Below the pieces are notes generated by a model. It worked only from the letters and a program-made list of their open reading frames with translations. It was not told the origin of the DNA and ran no database searches. From Botryllus schlosseri (lineage: Eukaryota), in assembly GCA_051294905.1 (NCBI GenBank), contig CM119372.1:682001-746000 (forward strand): 64,000 nucleotides of DNA, written 5' to 3'. The position numbers and the translations under genes were made by a program. This document shows, piece by piece, positions 13,264-26,000 of this stretch. Within the stretch, counting starts at the first letter, position 1. Every line of letters begins with the position of its first letter.

Positions 13264-14666
13264 AGCAGATGATATACCAGCATTTAAAGGTAAAGAGCTA
13301 AATCTAAAGACCTGCAAAACGCCGAACGCGGAACAATAAGTATATATTGAAACGGAGAACAGCGTAACTTGTAATACTAAACGGCGGATCCGCGTCAGTG
13401 ATGAGCATCGGACGGACTCGGATTCGAAACGAATATTGCAAAGGCTATGACCGGATCCGCTGATTTGGATTCTATTACAGACTTTATTTCGGAGAGTTCA
13501 GACCCAAAGTGACTTTTGATTTCAAGATAAAGGAATAAAACGTCAGCTAAACAACCAAACACTGACAGTGAGCACTTAACAGTGTAAATCAAAATCAACG
13601 ATATATATCATTAGAGTAAATGAATACCTTGTGACAGGACTGGTAGCACAATAAAGTTTCTCTGTCTAAGATTCAAGCAAATATAAATCAGCCAACCCCA
13701 ACTATATAGCCTTTGTTTTTGTAAACTGTATCTTAGCAAAAGTTCGGGTTCTGCATGGACGAGATTTTTAGGATTCCCATGGATTTTTGGATGGGTTCCT
13801 TAGGATTCGAACGGATCGTTCCTCAGATACTTTTTGTAACGAGGTAATTCTACTTATTCGTAGTATGCAAGATGGTCAAATGGTCATGTATGCTTTCATT
13901 TCAAGTTGTTGTCTATTACTAGACTACTTCTGTTTGAAACAAGACTACTTAATTTTACACTCAGAATATTTGAAGAGCTTCTTGGAGGTACAGAACTTTA
14001 ATATACATGGAATTGAATAGTATATTCATATTAATGAACCTGACTATTTTCGGCTGACACTCGTCAGGGGTAATCGTCAGCAACTAGTAAAGAATTGGAA
14101 AGAACATTGTAGATCAGCAACGGTATCACAAAGTATGACTCTGAAGATTATTGTGAAGTAGAAAGTAGTTTCGGATTGCTGGTGAAATTGTCATGAAAAC
14201 CGGGCGAAATATAGGCCCTGTATGGTATCAGGGTAACTTTGAATATTTCCTAAGAAAAGTGGCGGATGGATGAGGGATTCTCAGAAATCAAGATCCCCTC
14301 GTTATAGATCCGCGTTACTAAACGTCGGACTATGCGGAACTGCGGGCCGGACCGTTTATATAGCTCAGTGGACTGGATGGACTGTAGAGAGATACAGAGC
14401 GAGAGGGGGGCTATATTTCGTCTTCTAAAAAAATTGCTGATAAACCAGACCGAAACAGTGAAGATATCCATTGCAGCGATTACGCATGACCTCGACACCG
14501 CAAAAATAGCCAACTATACCCTGCTGACATGCGAACACCAGATATCAATGGTTCGCTATTTATGATGATGCATTTTCATCTTGCATAGTCACGATTCATG
14601 AAAATCTGCGAGACGGGAACTTTTTGGAACCGGTATTCAATAGTTCTGTAAGAATCTTACAGTAAG

Positions 14667-15833
14667 ATGGGTTCGAGGGACCAGATTCTGGCTGATTATC
14701 GCCAAAAACTGATCGATCATAAGGAAGCGGACGGAAAATTACGGTCAAAACGCGACGAATTGAAAGACAGAACGAAACAATACGATAAGTCCGAAAACGA
14801 CTTGAAGGCTTTACAAAGTGTCGGGCAAATTGTGGGCGAAGTGTTAAAGCAATTGACTGAGGAGAAATTTATAGTTAAAGCCACGAACGGACCGCGATAT
14901 GTAGTCGGATGCAGGCGGCAAGTTGATAAGTCAAAATTGAAGCCCGGGACTAGGGTGGCTTTGGACATGACGACTTTGACAATAATGAGGTATTTGCCAA
15001 GAGAAGTCGACCCGTTGGTGTACAATATGTCACATGAGGACCCGGGTGATGTAAAATATTCCGAAATCGGAGGTCTTTCCGAGCAAATCAGGCAGTTGCG
15101 GGAAGTTATTGAGCTACCATTGTTGAACCCTGAACTTTTTCTTCGTGTTGGAATCACACCACCAAAAGGTTGTCTACTGTACGGTCCTCCAGGCACAGGA
15201 AAAACTCTCCTTGCTAGAGCCGTCGCAAGCCAACTTGACGCTAATTTCTTGAAAGTTGTGTCCTCTGCTATTGTTGATAAATATATCGGCGAATCTGCTC
15301 GTTTGATTCGGGAAATGTTTAATTACGCACGAGATCACCAACCGTGCATTATATTCATGGATGAAATTGACGCTATTGGTGGTAGGAGATTTTCCGAAGG
15401 CACCAGCGCCGATCGTGAAATTCAACGTACGCTAATGGAACTTTTGAACCAAATGGATGGCTTTGATACTCTTGGACAAGTTAAAATGATCATGGCAACC
15501 AATCGACCCGACACCCTTGACCCGGCTTTATTACGGCCAGGTCGTTTGGATAGAAAAATTCAAATCGAACTACCTAACGAACAGGGTAGGCTCGATATCC
15601 TCAAAATTCATGCATCTCCCATCACAAAGCACGGAGAGATTGATTATGAAGCCGTTGTCAAACTTTCAGACGGTTTCAATGGTGCGGATCTTCGAAACGT
15701 ATGTACGGAAGCTGGATTATTCGCGATTAGAGCCGAACGGGAGTATGTCATTCAGGAAGACTTTATGAAAGCCGTCCGAAAATTGTCAGAGAACAAGAAA
15801 TTGGAAACAAAGTTGGACTATAAGCCGATTTGA
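14667..15833 (+). CDS. PSMC6: 26S proteasome regulatory ATPase subunit 10B (Rpt4), intronless
   Basis: Full-length 388-aa ORF with [18 protein letters not shown], Walker A GPPGTGKT, Walker B IIFMDEID and C-terminal [12 protein letters not shown]. Confidence 0.97.
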   Translation: MGSRDQILADYRQKLIDHKEADGKLRSKRDELKDRTKQYDKSENDLKALQSVGQIVGEVLKQLTEEKFIVKATNGPRYVVGCRRQVDKSKLKPGTRVALDMTTLTIMRYLPREVDPLVYNMSHEDPGDVKYSEIGGLSEQIRQLREVIELPLLNPELFLRVGITPPKGCLLYGPPGTGKTLLARAVASQLDANFLKVVSSAIVDKYIGESARLIREMFNYARDHQPCIIFMDEIDAIGGRRFSEGTSADREIQRTLMELLNQMDGFDTLGQVKMIMATNRPDTLDPALLRPGRLDRKIQIELPNEQGRLDILKIHASPITKHGEIDYEAVVKLSDGFNGADLRNVCTEAGLFAIRAEREYVIQEDFMKAVRKLSENKKLETKLDYKPI

Positions 15834-16555
15834 ATAGGAATATTTAATTATTTTTTCTTAAACGATAGGCTGGCACCAATGGTATGAACAATCCATTGCA
15901 TGATTTTGCGAGTCACGCCACTAAACTGAAGTTTCAACCATTTTTGCAGCCCAAACCAACAATACTGTTAAAATGTGTTTTCTTGGAAGAAAAACCAAGA
16001 GACCGACTCAAATGTGTTCGTGTATCAAACATCTTATTACAGTTTTACGTTGGTATACTCTAATTTTGTGTCTATATACTTGCTGACTCGCATTTCAATG
16101 ATTGTATAAAGTGCAGGCCCTTGCAATATGGTGTCTACAGGTGTGTGACCACTCCTATCCTTAGCTGTTATTGCATTATGGCAGCTAATAAGTGATTCCA
16201 GATCATTGGGATCTGAGTCGTAGCCAGAGGTGGTCAAAGTAGTCAAGAAAGTACTCAAGTACGAGTAGAAGTACTTCTTCCATGAGCAACCTAAATCCAG
16301 AAGTATAATTGACTGACTTTAAATCTACTCAAGTAAGTAAGTAGTTGTGAAAACGATCGTAATTCATTCGTCCCCCATATTATAAGGCCGGTAGCCGTAT
16401 AGTTTAGTCGAAGAGCAATACGGAGAAGTTGTATCGGATACGGTGTTAACACTTTGAGCGATCAGTAAACTTAACTAAAAATAGGGTGAATCGTAAAATG
16501 CCACATTGTGTAGCCTTATTGCCGGAAATTAAGGGCATTACTACACTTGCTTTTA

Positions 16556-16823
16556 GAGCTGACGAGATAGCGCAGTGGTATAATCCACGGCTGCGACACC
16601 AATGGGTTGCGGGTTCAAGTCCGACCGATGTCGACTCCAGAATTCCTACCTCAAGTGTTTGGAGGTTTATCTAGGCCCCTCCTCGCCATCTCATCCGTGC
16701 AAGCGGTGTCTTATAAAAATCCTAGAAGTGGGCCGTGCTACAAGTTGGCAGTTATCGACCTGGTGTAAATGACCATGACCATAGTAGTCGACAAACACCA
16801 TGAATATCACAAACAAACAACAG
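16556..16823 (+). mobile_element. tRNA-derived SINE, family 1
   Basis: A-box TAGCGCAGTGG, B-box GGTTCAAGTCC, (ACAA)n tail and flanking direct repeat ttgctttta. A 5' partial copy lies at ~53943-54055. Confidence 0.85.
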
Positions 16824-17399
16824 TTGCTTTTATAATTCAACATGTATGTTCTCCAGACAGAAGAACTGATACTAATTAAAACTCAAAGTATGATATTGGG
16901 AATTGAAATGAAATATGAATAGCCTACTACTTCTAAAATCAGAAAATGCATTTCCTGTCTTTAGTCCAGAAAGTTTCAAAGGTGGTATGCTAAAACAGGT
17001 CTAAAACTTCAAAAAAGTCATCAAGAGTCCACTTTTCCAGATTAGGAATGTCATGGACTGCTAGATTACGATATGATGAGTAAATGCTAGACTGCTAAAC
17101 ATCAGTTTCCAACGATATGATGAGCCAGATGTACTGTGTTAAAATATTTCATATGGGCGACAATGCGGTGTTGACGGAACCACGCAACCCGCTACCTAAA
17201 TTATATTCCCCGATGCTTTTGTGAAATCATATTGGTCGCTCCATATCCACTGTGCGTGACAAAAATTCTGGGCTTTACTCATGAAAATTAAATGTTGATA
17301 CTCCTTGAAAACAGCCCCGAAATTCCTCAGACTATCTTTCTTATTGAAGGATTAAACTACTACTTGACCAACTGAAAATAGCGAAAAGTAAGTAAGTAG

Positions 17400-18316
17400 C
17401 AGTGTTGGGATGACTCGAGTCATGACTTGACTCGAGTCACCTTTTTCGTATGACTTGACTTGACTCGAGTCACTTTGCTGAAATGACTTGACTTGACTCG
17501 GCGTATCAGAAATGTGGATTGACTCGTGACTCACAGCAAAATTCACGAGTCAATTTCAAGTCATCAAGTAATCGGTTTCGATAAAAATCACTGTATCTTG
17601 CATATGTTTGGATTGTTCGCAAAACGCTGGTGTAGTGTAACCCGCGAGAGCGACCAATCATTCAATGATTGTGCGTTTAACTGAGCATCCATTATTCTCT
17701 CACGATTAAATTGACCACAAACGAAGTGATCGAAGCTTGCAGCTGACGTTGTCGTAAACTAGTATAGTAAAGTAATTTATAAATAGCAACATGTCTATTT
17801 CTGTTCTCTGTTCATACCTCAACCAAACCTCTTGTTCTATTGAAATTGAATATAGTTTATATAGTCCTGAACCATTGGCGCAGGCTGGAAATGTATCATA
17901 TCATTTCGTAAATGGGTAATGTATTGCATCTTATCAATTCGTTTCTCTATTTTGGCTGGTTACTATAAACTGAGGCTATGCAATTACTTACGTAGTTTAG
18001 CTGTTATATGTATATGTGACCGATACTACGCCTTCTTGCGTGTATATTTAACTCTATATTCGTTTATCGGTTCAGAATCAATGACCACTCAATCTGTATG
18101 TCAGAAAGCTAGCAAAATGCAATGACATAATCATGCCTCATACTTCGAAAAGGTAACTTGACTTGAATTGTGACTTGACTTGACTCGAGTCACCTCCAAA
18201 AATCGAGTGACTTGACTTGACTCGAGTCACCTTCGAAAATCGATTGACTTGACTTGACTCGAGTCAAAATGTGCAATGACTCGTGACTCGAAGGTAGTGA
18301 CTTGATCCCAACTCTG
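17400..18316. mobile_element. GACTCGAGTC-rich hAT-like MITE
   Basis: TIR CAGTGTTGGGAT/ATCCCAACTCTG and a perfect TSD gtaagtag. Confidence 0.92.
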
Positions 18317-19338
18317 GTAAGTAGATCACAAAATATTACAAAGTACAAGTAAGATCTACTTGAGTAAGTACCAGAAGTAGAGGAAACTACTTGAGTACTT
18401 CAAAAAAGTAGAAGTATTTTGTTACTGACCACCTCTGGTCGTAGCTTTCCATGGCGTTGACTTCGTGTGTACTGTGTAGTATTGATTTGGATTGTATTCT
18501 TGCATAGCATTCTGCATAGATGAGCCACGCTGACCTTTGTAAGGATTGTTGTGAGGTAGAGTCTCAGCTACTATCGTATTTAAGTAATTGGATTGTGCAG
18601 TTTATATAGCTCTGACAACTCAGCACCCAGTATTTTCAGAGAGCTTGAGAGTTTTAAACGCGGTAATCAGAACTTGAGCTGGGCAATATCGAGTACCCGA
18701 GTGATTCGATACTAAATAGAGTACTGGTTTTCTAGTTGGAGTGTTACTTTGAAGGTGCGTGGATAATGTGACTAGTCCAAATACACACATCTGATCCGAT
18801 CAACAAGAAAATATTGTCATGAACATATTTCGTTGCTTTTTGTAACAATGCTGTAGGTCAATCAAGGCTTCACAGAAATAACATATCTTTGTACATGATT
18901 TGGATGTGTTGATACCACCAATCAAGGCCCCAAGGCTTCCACTGGGTAAAAAGTATCAAAACTTATACCGTCTTTGTCGAGAATGGCGTGTACTTAGAAC
19001 TCGAAAACGCGTCTATCACTACCAAACTCGCCAAGCTATATTCGGAACACAATCATGAAACCTGTACTTAAACAAAACACTACTTCGGTTCGGTTGTACA
19101 ACATATATTTGGTCATCATAACAGCAATATGCGTGTGATAATTTATGCCTTTGTTTTTCGTACAAGGTGACACATTCATGTACTTACAGGTACTATATTG
19201 CTAATACAGAAAATCAGAAAAGGCGACTGAAAAAATTGAGTCGTGCCCGAATAAATTTTGGCACCAATTAAGAAAACAAAATCTGAAAGGCAACTGAAAA
19301 AATTAACTATTGCCCAAATAAATTCTGTCACCAATTGC

Positions 19339-19813
19339 CAGGGTTGTAACCAAGTCAAAAGGCTCCGACTCACAAGTCAATCTCACTATTATATTTTTGA
19401 CTCGAGTCAAGTCCAGTCATTTTCAATTCCCACCGAGTTAAGTCCGAGTCCAAGTCATTGTGTTGACTGCTCAGTTTCCATTTAAGGTCTTTCTAAACCT
19501 ACTTTTTTAACTCTGTTTGGTGATATTGAATGGTTCGCATTTATAATATATCAGTTTTCCTCGCTTTTAGCAGTTTCTGGTCTCATTTTCAAGCACCAGT
19601 ACCAACAAACGAAATCCCAATAGTGTGTTGGCTTCGAAATTACAATGAAATGTCGGTCTTGGCCGTCTGAATCTCGAGTCATGCGCAATGACTCGAGTCC
19701 AAGTCGAGTCAATACACAGATTGACCCGAGTCGAGTCGAGTCATTTCCGTATTTTGAGAAAATGACTCGAGTCGAGTCATCCGAAAATCGTGACTCGAGT
19801 CATTACAACCCTG
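19339..19813. mobile_element. hAT-like MITE (CAGGGTTGTAA family)
   Basis: TIR CAGGGTTGTAA/TTACAACCCTG, TSD ccaattgc/ccaattac and gactcgagtc repeats. A short relative lies at 25647-25761. Confidence 0.88.
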
Positions 19814-20020
19814 CCAATTACGAAGACAGAAAATTTAAGAAGGCATCTGAAAAGACTGAGTATTGCCTACGAAATAAATTTTGGCACCATTGGAACTTTT
19901 TGGACTAACTACTTGTAGCTAATTTTGTTTTCTACTTTCAACCGAGTGAAGAGTTGACGTGTCGTGGCAATTCGTGATCATGAATTAAATGGCGAACACA
20001 ACTAGAGGTTTTCAAGGAAT

Positions 20021-23000
20021 CTAGTGATCTTCATATCCTGGCATCGGAAACGTTCTGGCGAAAACCTCGACTTGCGCCCTCAGTTCTGCAATCTTTTGCA
20101 AGGTCTCTGGGTCCGTGTTTATGAACGATACAAAATCAGCGAGTTTCTCTGTTAGAAAAATGATTTTCAAGTTTGATAACTTTTGGAAAAACAAATCCAA
20201 ATGTAGAAATCAGACTTAAATAAACTACTGGATTTCGGAATGCACGTCTAGAACTAGAACGAACGAACTTCAGAAATCAGTATCTAGTCAATAAAAACAC
20301 AAACATTGGAGGTCGACCGATATTGATTTTTGCAGGCAATACCGATTATCGACACACTCAAGGCCGATAACCGATATCAATATGCAGGGAACAGAGAACT
20401 ATTTCGCCATAAAATGTTAGGCAAGGTGGTGCTTCTGCATGCCACAGAAAGCTGAACAACAAATGAGAAAATTAAAAAGAATTATTGCTCAATTGTGCAT
20501 TTAGCAGTCATTGAAATTTTGGATAACCCAAAAAGCAAAACATCATACAGAATTGCAGATCAGTCCAATAGATGTAGATTGTAATACATGAAGCATAGTT
20601 TCTCTGCATGCTCTGCTCACCCAGTTGAACTCGTCAATAATCGGAAGGTTCCAAATATCGGCCTCGATATATAATTGGTCGACCTCCTAGTTTTAATTCA
20701 GATGCAACTCGCTAAATGGCAACACTGATGATACAAACTACTGATTTCAAACGAGCTAAGAAGTATAGAAGATAGAATCGGCATTTCAAAGGGATTTCGA
20801 CTCTTAAATGGGATGAGTTTCGACCCAAAAAATCCATGCCACTGTTAGTAGTGACGACTCTGGACTAGCAATGGCAGCAAGAACAGAACACCGGTGTCAC
20901 ACTTCACATCAAATGGATGACGTTTTCTAGTTGTTCGGCAACTAATTTTTGTTAATGCCCAGTTGGAACTAAAACTACTCAAACCAGTAGTTAGTTGACC
21001 GTTAACTAACTAGATAGGTAGTTTGTATAAGCCTCATGTAAATGTAACATACTTGTTTTTGACTTTGCCTCCACGGCAATATTGACGCCTTGATCCAAGA
21101 ATTCCATCACTTTTTTAAAGTCACTTTCCACAAAGCGCCTGGAAGTTAGAGCTGGAGTGCCTATCATAAAATGGAAGTGATTTTGAGGGACTGTCATGTT
21201 TCAGGTTGAACAAAGCTTGAAAATGACAAACCTAGGCGAAGACCGCCAGGAACCATCGCACTCTTGTCTCCCGGAACGCTGTTTTTGTTTGCCGTGACCG
21301 AACAAGCTTCCAGAACTTTCTCGGCCCTGGCCCCGTCTATGCCTTTTGGTCTCAGATCCACCAGCACCAGATGGTTATCCGTGCCTCCTGCAATTCATAA
21401 GGTCATACATTCATAATCCATAGGCTCATAAATTTAGTGTGAAGAATGTAGCGCACCGGACACGACCTTGTATCCGAGAGCCTGCAGAGTGTCGGACATC
21501 ACTATGGCGTTCTTCATGACTTGCGTCTGATAGAGTTTGAAGTCCTCTGACATGCCCTGTATGGAATTTAAGAAAAGGGATTGCCGACACTATAGACTAC
21601 AGTTTTAATTAGTCTATAAATTCGTTGTAGATTGCCATGGTTAACAATCTGAATTGTTGATTAATTAACATGGTAACATTAACATATCTACGACATACAT
21701 TTGCATGCGAGATCAATGGGCTACCAACTAGGGCTGGGCACAATGTTTGAACATGGTGTCTTATATGGTGTGGAACAAGCAAATCTCACGGCTTACTGCG
21801 ATTGCTCTACGTCACACTTTCCGTTAGGCTGAAGGCAATTTGACGTTAATTTTTGACCGGCTTGCCGAGAATTACATTTGATAAAACGGGTATCAATCAG
21901 AAGTTGCCACTGTACTGATAACGAAAATATACCGCTCGGCACTGGAACTCCCACAATCAGCCTCGAAATTTATACCGACAATTTGCCTTCAGCCAAATGG
22001 AAAGTGTGACGGAGACCAATCGCAGTGAGCCTTGAGATTTGCTTGTGTCCACACCATATAGGACACTATGGTTTGAGTATTCGTGTCGAGAGAGATGATT
22101 TTTTCAAGTAAGGCAGTGAAATTTCATGCTCCTTGCCGCTAAGAGTTTATATATTACCGAGAATTATACTTTTGATACTATTTTCTAACATGGAAGCCAC
22201 GAAACCTTGATTTGCTGTATTGGAGCCTACGAAACATGTAGTACAAAGCTATGTAACGTTAGTGGAAATGACAGATCTGTGAAGTCGTGATCGATCCTCA
22301 GAATTGTCACAAAATGCAATGAGTACCACATCTCTGATGTGATGTAGAACTGGTATTAAATTATTTTTGGTCACATAAGAGGTACATACTGAACTTTCTG
22401 CATCATTCATGATGTTGTGACTTCATAATGAGTGATATTTGACTTGACTCGAAGCCTAATACTCGAATCACTCAAATACCTGATTCTACCCAGCCATACT
22501 GGCTACCCCATACTTGACTTATACTCCATACTCTGCCATCGCACCTGTTTTAACGCGACAGCAACGCCAGCAATAGTATGGTTGTGCGGTCCGCCTTGCA
22601 AGCTCGGAAATACAGAAAAGTTGACTTTACTTTCCAAATCATACTTTGTCTCTTTGCCCGTCTTTTTATTGACGCTTCGAACACCTTTTCTGCAAAAGAA
22701 TATTTTCTGGTTCCGAGTATAGCCGCATCGATTATCGGTTTGCTGATAATATGACATTGTCCTATTTTGAAGTAGTTCAAGTAAGCCTAGTGAAGTAGAA
22801 GTAGTCTAAAATCATAACCCTAGGAGTATTTTGAGGAATTTTTGCAGTCTTGGTGCCATATTTTTACTAGTGATCGGTATCGGCTCAATAATACGATATC
22901 GGCCGGGCTCTAGCTCATACGAAGCCCATCAGAAATGCAACACATAAATACCTGAAGAAAATGATCCCTGACCGTACCCCCCTCAATGTCTTGTGAGTCG

Positions 23001-26000
23001 TGGTTGTGATAAGGTCACAATGATCGAAAGGAGACGGGATCAGTTGTGCAGCAACGAGTCCGCTGATATGAGCCATGTCACCGAGCAGGTAGGCGTTGTG
23101 TTGTTCGGCAATCTATAGACAGCAGTGATAAAGAACAGCAGAGCAGACTTGGACTAGTTAACTAGTAGTTATCTAATCAGAGAAAAATGCCCGTTATCTA
23201 ATTCTAATCTACTCTGTGAAATGTTTCTATGTCCTGCTTTTCCTGAAAATACTACAGGTATTCGATTCAATTACGGTGCTAAGATTTTGTAAATTCGGTG
23301 ATTCTAATCAAATCTGGAACAAAAATGTTGCTATCATTCGAATTCTAATCTAATTTGGAAAAAATATGCAACTATAATTATAATCTACTTTGGGAAACAC
23401 AATGTAGCTATAATTCGAATCTAATTTGAGAAAAACTATGTACCGTAATTTTCCAAGTATAGTACGCCCCCATGTATAATACGCAGTGTTGGGATCAAGT
23501 CACAACCTTCGAGTCACGAGTCGTCTCGAGTCATTGCACATTTTGACTCGAGTCAAGTCAAGTCAATCGATTTTCGAAAGTGACTCGAGTCAAGTCAAGT
23601 CACTCGCTTTTTGGAGGTGACTCGAGTCAAGTCGAGTCACGAGTCAAGTCACAATTCGAGTCAAATCGAATTTTTGAAGTATGAGTGATGATGCAAAGTC
23701 ATTACATTCTGCTAACTGGGTGAAAGACAGATTAATTGACCATTTTTCTTGAATCAAATAGCGAATATAAAGTTAAATTTACATCATATGTGCATAGAGG
23801 CTAGTAACGCTCACGAACACGGTGAAGTGCTAATAAAATTCGTAACTGAATAGCTACATGCTACCATCTGTTATTATGATCCTAAATAGAGGATCGAATA
23901 CGAAGGCTCGAAAAGTTGAAACCAATCGATAAGGTATACTACGTCCATCTACACATCCGTATGCATATAAACACATAAACTATGTTCGTTCGATTAAAAT
24001 TATAAGAGGGCATTGGTAAAGGTGAGCAATGCGCACTGTACAATGTAACCACTGAGTCGTCTAAGAACCAAGATGCGTTGCTATTAGATTAATCTACTAC
24101 GACAACGTAAGCTGTGATCGTTTCGTTTGCGGTCAATTTATATATGATGCAACAATGAAGGATCAGTGAAACGTACAATCAGTGAATGACTGGTTGCTCT
24201 CACAAGTGACACCGACACATCGCGAACAATACATAGGATAAGGTGACTTAATCGACACCGTTACTGGATGACTTGAAATTGACTCGTAAATTTTGCTCTG
24301 AGTCACGAGTCAATCCACATTTCTGAAGCTTTGAGTCTAGTCAAGTCAAGTCATTTTTGAAAAGTGACTCGAGTCAAGTCAAGTCATACGAAAAAGTTGA
24401 CTCGAGTCAAGTCATGACTCGAGTCATCCCGACACTGATAATACGCAGCCTTAAAATGGCATGCAAATTCCGGGAAAAAGCCTGTACCCATGTATAGTAC
24501 GCACCCTGCATCCGCAGTACATGAATAGCTGTGTTTTAGTACACGATGTTGTTCTGTTTTGCGATGTCACTGTCGAACAATCATGACATAACAACGCTAA
24601 TCATTATACACTTGGTAGCGCGTTACACTGATAATACGAATTACTGGGCACGATGGCTGAAAGTGATGCGCGATTGGAAACAAACATGAAGAAAGGTGTG
24701 ATTTCAGGTTTTTTATCGAGGGAGATTTTTTCCAAGCGTGTTGTTCCCATGTATAATACGCAACCCCCTATTTTAGGGCAAAAAATCGTGAAAATTTTGC
24801 GGATTATATACATGGAAAATTATGGTAGTTATAATTCTAATCCAATTTGGGAAAAAAAATGTCTATATTCTAGTACGGTATTAATGTTATTTAAAAAAAT
24901 GCAACTTCAATTCTAATCTATTTTTGGAAAGACTATGTAGCTACAATTCTAATCTAATTTGGAAAAACTGTGGCTATCATTCTGATTATAATATAATTTG
25001 GGAAAACGGTGTAACTCCAATTCTGATCTTATTTGGAAAAGCTGAAAATATTCCAATTGTCCTACTCTGCAGCAGAGTAAATTTAAAAAAATATATTCAC
25101 TTTCTTCATTCTTTCATAGTCAATCAACCGAGAATAAGCGCTGGCGCCGGCGATGATCAGTCTGGGGCGAAACAATTTTGCGTTTTCTTCCAAACGATCG
25201 TAATCGATGAGGCCTGATTGAGCCTGAACAATTTTGATCCACAGTTGAATATCAGTCAACAAGACGGATTGCGATTGAAACTCACATTCAATCGGTAAGG
25301 CATCGATTCAAAATAGATGGATGTCGCCGATATCCTCTTCGCATCGGTCATGAAGCCATGTGTCAAACTGGATAGGAAAGGAATTCGGGCTAGACCAGTG
25401 GTGTTTATCCGGAATTCACTGAGCCAGTGAGCTCAGATGTTGGTAAGGTAAAAATACATATTCTAGGCATAGTTGTGCTCAGGAAAGTATGAGTCTACAT
25501 TGTCACCACTTGAGGAAGTAGCATAAGGAAGCAAAATATACGTATCCGCAGAAGTATTTAAATACTGACCACCAATGACCAGGTTCGCTACGGCTACAAA
25601 TTAACAAAGTGTGAGGCTACATCAGTAATTCTTCCAATGAAACAGACAGGGTCGTAATCAAGTCACGAGTTTCTGATCCACCAGTCAATCATACGGTTAC
25701 AGATTTGACTCGAATCAAGTGGAGTCATCAAAAAATAATGACTCGGGTCACTACAACCCTGGAAATACACTCACTGTCCCCCATCGGGAAGGTCAAGCCC
25801 CATGATCCGGTCGTGTGGCTTCAAAACTGCCGTATATGCCGCAAAGTTAGCCGGTGACCCTGAGAAAGACATCTTGATCAAACTCAATTAGCTCCGCAGT
25901 CAAATGGACGTGTCACACCTGAGTATGGCTGGACGTTAACACCCCACTCCTCCGGGTCTAGTTTGAATAAGTCCAGAGCTCTCTGCTTACACAACTCCTC

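Larger units (their letters stand above)
16225..18437. mobile_element. hAT-like element with nested SINE and MITE
   Basis: 12-bp TIR CAGAGGTGGTCA/TGACCACCTCTG and a perfect TSD gtcgtagc. A related copy ends at ~11398. Confidence 0.9.

Noticed and set aside
14717..15768. ORFs overlapping PSMC6, and similar ones over MBTD1 and SLC25A26
   Set aside because: Antisense or alternative-frame shadows of real coding sequences with no recognisable motifs.
16556..16635. tRNA-like sequences (also at 35868, 53943 and 62550)
   Set aside because: They have A/B boxes but no proper cloverleaf, and they continue into SINE bodies with tails and TSDs. They are SINE heads, not tRNA genes.
16037..18600. ~100-codon minus-strand frame restored by removing the 16225-18437 element (DRSGHTPVD is ankyrin-like; another frame gives IPMIWNHL, which is LINE-like)
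   Set aside because: The motifs are too short and conflict with each other, and there is no splice or start support.
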